Shown here: positions 58,539 to 64,000 of the stretch, piece after piece | Numbering within the stretch: the first letter of the stretch is position 1 | Layout of the letters: each line of letters begins with the position of its first letter | Assembly (NCBI GenBank): GCA_965218585.1 | Contig: CBDCLE010000009.1 | Span: forward strand, 96,001-160,000 | DNA: 64,000 bases | Source: Terriglobia bacterium | GTDB taxonomy: Bacteria; Acidobacteriota; Terriglobia; 20CM-2-55-15 | Direction: 5' to 3' | Notes under the pieces: model-generated | The model's input: only the letters and a program-made list of their open reading frames with translations | What the model was told of the DNA's origin: nothing | Database searches by the model: none | Position numbers and translations under genes: made by a program

Positions 58539-59257
58539 CGCGTGTCGCAGCGGCCTGGGGAGTCCCACGGTCGACGTACTATGCGCAGCGTCATCGGCGA
58601 AGATTTCCGATGGAGTTGCAGAGGCGCGGGCCGAAGACCCGGCTCACCGATGCGGAGCGGACTGAACGGATCCGTCATGAGATTGCGATCTTGCCGTTCA
58701 CCGGAGAAGGCCACCGGAAGTTCTGGGAACGGCTCCGGGTGGCGGGCGTCGGAACCTCCAAGACCCGGGTTCTGCGACTGATGCGGGAAGCTGGGCTGCT
58801 GGCGCCTCAGCGTCAGGCCGTGCCTGTCGTGGACCAGACGCATACCGGAAGGATCGTTACCGATCGCCCGAACCAGATGTGGGGCATCGATGCCACCGCC
58901 ACGGTGCCGCGCGACGACGGTCAGGTCACGGTGTTTGCCGCCGTGGATCACTGCACGGCCGAGTGTGTGGGCCTTCACGCCGTCAAACGCGCGACGCGCT
59001 TTGAAGCGCTCGATCCGGTCCGGTAGGGCGTCAAAGAGTACTTCACCGGCTTCCTCGCCGATGCGGCAGCCGGACTTCAGCTCCGACATGATCACGGGTC
59101 GCAGTTCATGAGCGACGACTTTCAGAACGAGATCCGGTTCCTGGGCATCGGGTCGTCACCCGCCTTCGTCAGGGAACCGGAGGGCAACGGCTGTATCGAA
59201 CGCTTCTTCAAAACTCTGAAAGAATAACTGCTCTGGGTGCGTCACTTCCGTTCCATA
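58539..59257 (+). pseudogene. IS3-family transposase (rve/DDE) remnant
   Basis: PRSTYY, RV.RLMRE.GL, PNQMWG.D, HDHGSQF, P..NG..ERFF.TLKE. In-frame stops TAG 59024 and TAA 59225; 5' end cut by IS21 B. Confidence 0.85.
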
Positions 59258-59486
59258 CTGGGTGTCGACCTTCGGAAACGTGCTCATCGGCAGTTCGGGG
59301 GATGCACCCTGCGCCATGTCCGGCTGGAGACAGAGTTGAAACAGCTGTCAGGACTGGGAGACTCCAGATGCGGCGCTGTAGTAAACCCCGGCGCCGGGCT
59401 GGCTCGGCCCGGTGGCGCAACGGCAGTGGCGGCGACACGTCGCGGCGCAACGGGACTTGTTGCTTGTTCGAGAGGCGGGATTCTAC

Positions 59487-60476
59487 ATGTTCGGACCCTA
59501 CGTCCATGATATCGATCCGATCATCGCCCAAATTGGCGGGGTTTATCTCTGGTGGTATGGGCTGGGCTATTCGCTGGGATTCCTGCATTTGCACCTGTTT
59601 CTGCGACGCCACAGGCTTCGGATCGGACTCACTTCAAGAGACGTCTATACTCTAAGTCTTTTCGTCGTGATGGGCGTGCTGGTCGGCGCGCGCCTCATCG
59701 AAGTTGCATTCGATGAGTGGCCCTTCTACCAGGCGCACCTGGCCCTGATTCCGGCGTACTGGTTGGGGGGACTGGCCTCTCACGGGGTGCTTCTGGGAGC
59801 GACTGGAGCGGTCACCTGCTTCGCATTGCTCTATCGGAAACGCCTGCTCGTACTGTTTGACGCCGTCGTAATCCCGGGTTCCTTTCTGATGGGGATGGGC
59901 CGACTGGGGAACTTCATTGACGGCCAGATCGTCGGTGCTCTCACCGATCTGCCATGGGGCGTACTCTTTCCGGACGCAGCCGGATTCCGGCATCCGGTCG
60001 TTCTCTATGACGGCATCAAGAATCTCCTGCTGGTGCCCTTCCTGCTTCGAGTTCGAAACACCAATTCCACACCGGGAGCGCCGACGGCGCGTTTCGTCTT
60101 CTGGTATGCATTCCTGCGTGTATTCATTGATCTGTTTCGCGACTATCCCACGCACCGGCTGGCTCTGGGCACTGGTCAGACCCTGAACATCGTCATGGCG
60201 TTGATCGGGGTCGTCCTGTTAATCCGATCGCGCCTTCGGCGACAGGGTCGCTTGCGCGGTGGCACCGAAGCGAAGGAGGAGAGACCCCGCTGGCCTGAGA
60301 GAGCGCCGCTCGCATTACAACGAGTCGCTCTTGTTCTCTTGCTGGTGTTTTGCCTGACGTTTCCCAGCAACTGGACCCAGAACGTGCCGGAACGATATGG
60401 CGCCCGGCACGCTGGCCTCGAACACTCGTGGCTGTACCCGGACATCGACACCTCGGCGACGAGTGGTGACCCGTAG
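59487..60476 (+). CDS. lgt: Prolipoprotein diacylglyceryl transferase-like protein (divergent Lgt)
   Basis: H.IDP, WYGL.Y, G.LVGARL, W.GGLASHG, GRLGNFI.G, PW.V.FP, RHP..LY. Confidence 0.85.
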   Translation: MFGPYVHDIDPIIAQIGGVYLWWYGLGYSLGFLHLHLFLRRHRLRIGLTSRDVYTLSLFVVMGVLVGARLIEVAFDEWPFYQAHLALIPAYWLGGLASHGVLLGATGAVTCFALLYRKRLLVLFDAVVIPGSFLMGMGRLGNFIDGQIVGALTDLPWGVLFPDAAGFRHPVVLYDGIKNLLLVPFLLRVRNTNSTPGAPTARFVFWYAFLRVFIDLFRDYPTHRLALGTGQTLNIVMALIGVVLLIRSRLRRQGRLRGGTEAKEERPRWPERAPLALQRVALVLLLVFCLTFPSNWTQNVPERYGARHAGLEHSWLYPDIDTSATSGDP

Positions 60477-60547
60477 GCGGCGGCGCTGACAACAACTGGT
60501 GGTTTGAGTGAGGCGGGGCCAGCGGGCTCCGCCCTGGGGAAAAGAAG

Positions 60548-61174
60548 ATGCGCAATCGAGTCGTGACGCCGTTGGGCACCCTGGCGCTGTTGGTATCATT
60601 CACAGCGTCCCTGTCGGCGCAAACCCAGACCGTAGAGGGAAACCGATATCCGAACACGGTCGAGGCCGTTGGCCGGACGCTCACCCTGGTCGGGGCCGGG
60701 CTTCGTGAACGGTGGTGGTTCGACGTCTACACGATGGGGGCCTACGCCGAGCGACGCAGCTGCGACCCACAGATGCTGATCGCCACGGATCAGGCAAAGT
60801 CCCTCCGTATCGATCTGCTCCGCGATGTCGACGCGAAAACTATGGCCGGCGCGCTTGAAGATGCTTTTGAGAGGAACCTGCCGCCCAACGCGCCCCTCGG
60901 CATCCGATCTCAGATCGATACCTTCTTGGGCTATTTCCGGAAGGATCTGGAGAAGGGGGATCGCGTGGAGTTGACCTACGTTCCCGGCATGGGAACAGCG
61001 CTCATACAAAACCAGGAGCAGCAGGGATGGACGTTGGAAGGGAAGGGGTTCGCGGACCTGTTGTGGGGTTCCTATTTCAGCCCCTCAACCTGCTGCGCCG
61101 ACCTCAAGAAGCAAATTCTCGCCCAGTGTTCCCAAACGGCCGTCTCGCCGCCCCCGGCCTGGGAGCAGAGATGA
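60548..61174 (+). CDS. Secreted chalcone-isomerase-like fold protein
   Basis: Signal peptide, L.L.GAGLR..W.FDVY..G.Y, L.KGD.V.L.Y.PG.G, F...LW..YF. Confidence 0.8.
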   Translation: MRNRVVTPLGTLALLVSFTASLSAQTQTVEGNRYPNTVEAVGRTLTLVGAGLRERWWFDVYTMGAYAERRSCDPQMLIATDQAKSLRIDLLRDVDAKTMAGALEDAFERNLPPNAPLGIRSQIDTFLGYFRKDLEKGDRVELTYVPGMGTALIQNQEQQGWTLEGKGFADLLWGSYFSPSTCCADLKKQILAQCSQTAVSPPPAWEQR

Positions 61175-61236
61175 CCGATTCTGCCGGAAGACTGCGAGAT
61201 GGAATCCGCCCCCGCCCAGCGGCTTCGTGAAAGCTG

Positions 61237-61434
61237 TCATCCCAGGCCGTGACGCCCCTCTCTATTACTTCCGATAATTTGCACTATGGCCGATATTTCA
61301 ATAGCGGTGTCACGGATTCTGATCTGGCTGTACACCAATCCTTGGATGCTCAGGTGAGTCGCGACGACCTCCGACGGGATTAGTTGAACAACCCGCTCCA
61401 AGTAAGTCGTGTGAGAATCGATGACTCGGTCCAT
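61237..61434 (-). pseudogene. Probable truncated membrane-protein fragment
   Basis: YLERVVQLIPSEVVA.HL.IQGL looks like a conserved N-terminus, then the sequence degenerates. Confidence 0.35.
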
Positions 61435-61601
61435 CTGAATCCTCCAGTCAGTCTGCGACTACTCGCCATCCACTGGCACGCATTGCCCACTCTGCCCACT
61501 CTATTGTACCGTGGAGTGACGGTGACCTGACCGACTGTCCGATGGAAGGGGGATTTTCGGAGGGGGATCTTGAGCCCCGAAACCCCCATGGGGAAGAACA
61601 C

Positions 61602-62438
61602 ATGGAGCATCGTCATTTATTCCTGCAGGCACTCGCCGCCGGCCTTGCGGTGGCCCTCCTGGTCGGCGCGCAATACGGCTGCCGGGCAGACGCACCGGGC
61701 CAGGCTGAGGCGGAAGAACCGATGGACGTGGAGCAGGCGCAGGGCGCGGGGGACGGCGAGGTTCACTGGAGCTACGAAGGCGACACCGGACCGGACCGGT
61801 GGGGCGGGCTGGACCCGTCCTTCGCAGTCTGTGACAACGGCGTCCAGCAGTCCCCGATCGATCTGGCGGGCATGATCCCGGCGGGCGGAGGCGGGCTCGA
61901 AATCCAGTGGCAGCCCACCGACGGCGAGGTCGTGGACAATGGACATACCATCCAGGTCAACATGGAAGCCGGGAGTTCCATCACCCTGGACGGCCGGCAA
62001 TTCTCGCTCCTGCAGTTCCACTTCCATCTGCCGAGCGAGCACACGGTCGAGGGCGAAAGCTACCCCATGGAAGTGCACTTCGTGCATCAGGCCGACGAGG
62101 GCGATCTTGCCGTGAGCGGGGTCTTCATGGACGTCGACGGGGGGAACTCGGCCGTCCAGAGCATCTGGGATGCCGTACCGGGGGTCGATGAGGCGCCCGC
62201 ACCGCTGGCCGCCCTCGATCCGAACGCCTTCCTGCCCGCAGGCCGGGGTTATTTCCGGTACGCCGGCTCCCTGACCACCCCGCCCTGCTCCGAGGTGGTC
62301 AGTTGGGTGGTGATCACCGAGGCAATCGCGGTTTCGCAGGCACAGGTCGATGCCTTCGCGGCGCGGTATCCGATGAACGCGCGTCCGGTCCAGCCGCTCC
62401 ATCGGCGATTCGTGCTGACGAGGGAGCGAGGGGACTGA
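61602..62438 (+). CDS. cah: Alpha-class carbonic anhydrase, exported
   Basis: HWSYEG, QQSPIDL, NGHTIQ, QFHFH, SEH, EVHFVH, Y.GSLTTPPCSE, NARP.Q. Confidence 0.93.
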   Translation: MEHRHLFLQALAAGLAVALLVGAQYGCRADAPGQAEAEEPMDVEQAQGAGDGEVHWSYEGDTGPDRWGGLDPSFAVCDNGVQQSPIDLAGMIPAGGGGLEIQWQPTDGEVVDNGHTIQVNMEAGSSITLDGRQFSLLQFHFHLPSEHTVEGESYPMEVHFVHQADEGDLAVSGVFMDVDGGNSAVQSIWDAVPGVDEAPAPLAALDPNAFLPAGRGYFRYAGSLTTPPCSEVVSWVVITEAIAVSQAQVDAFAARYPMNARPVQPLHRRFVLTRERGD

Positions 62439-62551
62439 TCGGCACGCGCTGCAGCGCCCCACGGCGGACATCGGACGATCGGCGGGCGCTACGGAGCATA
62501 TCCCACCTGCGGACCACCTGAACCCGCACCGCGATTCGTGTGACGAACCAC

Positions 62552-62641
62552 GGCCAACTCGGCAAGCCACCGCGCGGCTTTCATGTCGCTCTTCCGGCCG
62601 GGCACGTTCTTGATGTGTGCGGCGTTGCCGACGATCAGTTC
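62552..62641 (-). pseudogene. IS110-family transposase fragment (DEDD region)
   Basis: Hand translation: ELIVGNAAHIKNVPGRKSDMKAARWLAELA. Confidence 0.75.
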
Positions 62642-62688
62642 ATTCCGTACTTATTGGGGTCGAGTCCGGCAGGGGGCGAAATCCTACG

Positions 62689-63254
62689 CTGATATGGATT
62701 GACCCTGTCAATCTTCCGTTACGTTTCTCGAATGCGCCTCCTTCAATGTGCTGGATTCAGGGCGCGGCCGGCATGATTCGCGACGGTGGATCACTCTGAT
62801 ATTCGTGGGTTGGCTACCACCTGACATCACTTCGTCGCGGAGCTGCCTCGGTCTAAGGACGTGGGTCGGTCTGGCTGAGCCAAGCCTCTCATAGCGTGCA
62901 CGAGGATTCTCCTCACCGGCCTGCCACGCCCTGAATCCAACACATTACGTTTTTTGGGTCCAGCCTTGCTCCGGAAGCGCATGATGGCATTGCGCCCGGG
63001 GAGGCGTCGGAGGAGTTTTCCACACCTTGTCCATGGCACCGCGTGCTTCGAATACATGGCGGAGCAGTGGCAAGGTGTGGAGAACTCCGGCCCATCTCTC
63101 AGCTCCGCGCCCGCGTTGCATGGGCTCGGCCCATCACCTCGCAAGCAATCGCCCAGATGAACCCCACCAGCTCGCGGGCCACCGCGGTGGTGACCACGCA
63201 CTTCGCCTTGCCCGCGCTATACAGATGCCGGTACCGCGCACACAGCCGCTTCTG
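62689..63254 (-). mobile_element. IS110-family element 3' end (transposase C-terminus + right non-coding region)
   Basis: QKRLCARY...VTTAVARELVGFIWAI...stop at 63099. The non-coding region ends TTGACAGGGTCAATCCATATCAG. Confidence 0.8.
62745..62946 (-). ncRNA. Candidate IS110 bridge/seek RNA
   Basis: A 28-bp closing stem (62745-62772/62919-62946) with two G.U pairs only on the minus strand, downstream of the IS110 transposase. Confidence 0.6.
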
Positions 63255-64000
63255 ATGCGCGACCTGACGCGGGCGCGCGAGGACATGAAGGCGATCGAGG
63301 CCAAGGCTCGGCAGCGACTGGGGGCGTTTCTGCTGCGTCATGATCGAGTGTATCGGGAAGGCAAGAGCCGGTGGACGCAACGGCACTTTCGGTGGCTGGA
63401 GGAGCAGCGGTTCGAGCATCCGGTACAGCAGGTGGTGTTTCAGGAATACGTCGATACGGTGATGGAGGCGCGCCGCCGCGTGGCGGGCCTGGAAGGGCAG
63501 ATGCGCGAGGTGTTGGAGCAGTGGTCGCTGCGTCCGATGGTCGAGGCGCTGATCGCGTTGCGCGGGGTGGATGTGGTCACGGCCATGACGGTGCTGGCCG
63601 AACTCGGGGACCTGACGCGTTTTGATTCGCCGCGCGAGTTGATGAGCTTTCTGGGGCTGGTGCCGAGCGAGCACTCCTCGGGGCCGCGGCGGCGCCAAGG
63701 AGCCATCACGAAAACAGGCAATGGACACGTGCGCCGCGTGCTGGTTGAATCGGCCTGGAGCTACCGGTTCCCTGCGCGCAAAACCAGGCACTTGAGATGC
63801 AAGGCGAGTGCGGCGCCGCCAGCAGTACAGGCCATCGCCTGGGCAGCCCAGAAGCGGCTGTGTGCGCGGTACCGGCATCTGTATAGCGCGGGCAAGGCGA
63901 AGTGCGTGGTCACCACCGCGGTGGCCCGCGAGCTGGTGGGGTTCATCTGGGCGATTGCTTGCGAGGTGATGGGCCGAGCCCATGCAACGCGGGCGCGGAG
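63255..64000 (+). pseudogene. IS110-family transposase, N-terminally truncated, running off the window
   Basis: MRDLTRARED, RWT..H..WL, LRGV...TA....AELGD..RF, GLVPSEHSSG, G.ITKTGN, AVAREL. Confidence 0.9.

Noticed and set aside
59024-59227. TAG and TAA at likely Gln positions suggesting stop-codon recoding
   Set aside because: Both are explained by single C-to-T changes in a truncated IS, and TAG/TAA end normal genes throughout the window.
63099-63983. 294-aa minus-strand ORF as a real gene
   Set aside because: It is chimeric: antisense of the plus-strand transposase fused to the inverted C-terminal copy.

Overview
The window has two parts. Bases 1-44467 are a gene-dense core chromosome, probably from an Acidobacteriota-like bacterium (inferred from gene content and order). 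This part holds an 8-gene MoxR/VWA envelope operon, glyA, moeA-moaC-mog, and an 11-subunit complex I operon (nuoABCDHIJKLMN, no nuoEFG) with an NDUFAF7/MidA-family methyltransferase between nuoB and nuoC. It also holds pncB-pncA, a split Fo operon (atpZ-I-B-E), a ThiS-ThiG fusion, an FMN-binding/NapH-like/ApbE flavinylation module, ntrY-ntrX and a pilB cut by IS1380. Several structured intergenic repeats occur here, including GTAG-REPs and a covarying 135-bp element. Bases 44468-64000 are a mosaic of mobile DNA: IS1380, IS256, nested group II intron remnants, a plasmid-type parA module with an integrase remnant, two IS21 halves fused back to back, an IS3 pseudogene and IS110 pieces with structured non-coding ends (bridge-RNA candidates). 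Cargo in this part includes an acyl-ligase-ACP-PlsC fusion, fadD, a divergent Lgt, a chalcone-isomerase-fold protein and an alpha-carbonic anhydrase. No rRNA, tRNA or CRISPR array was seen. All family calls come from motif recognition, not database searches.
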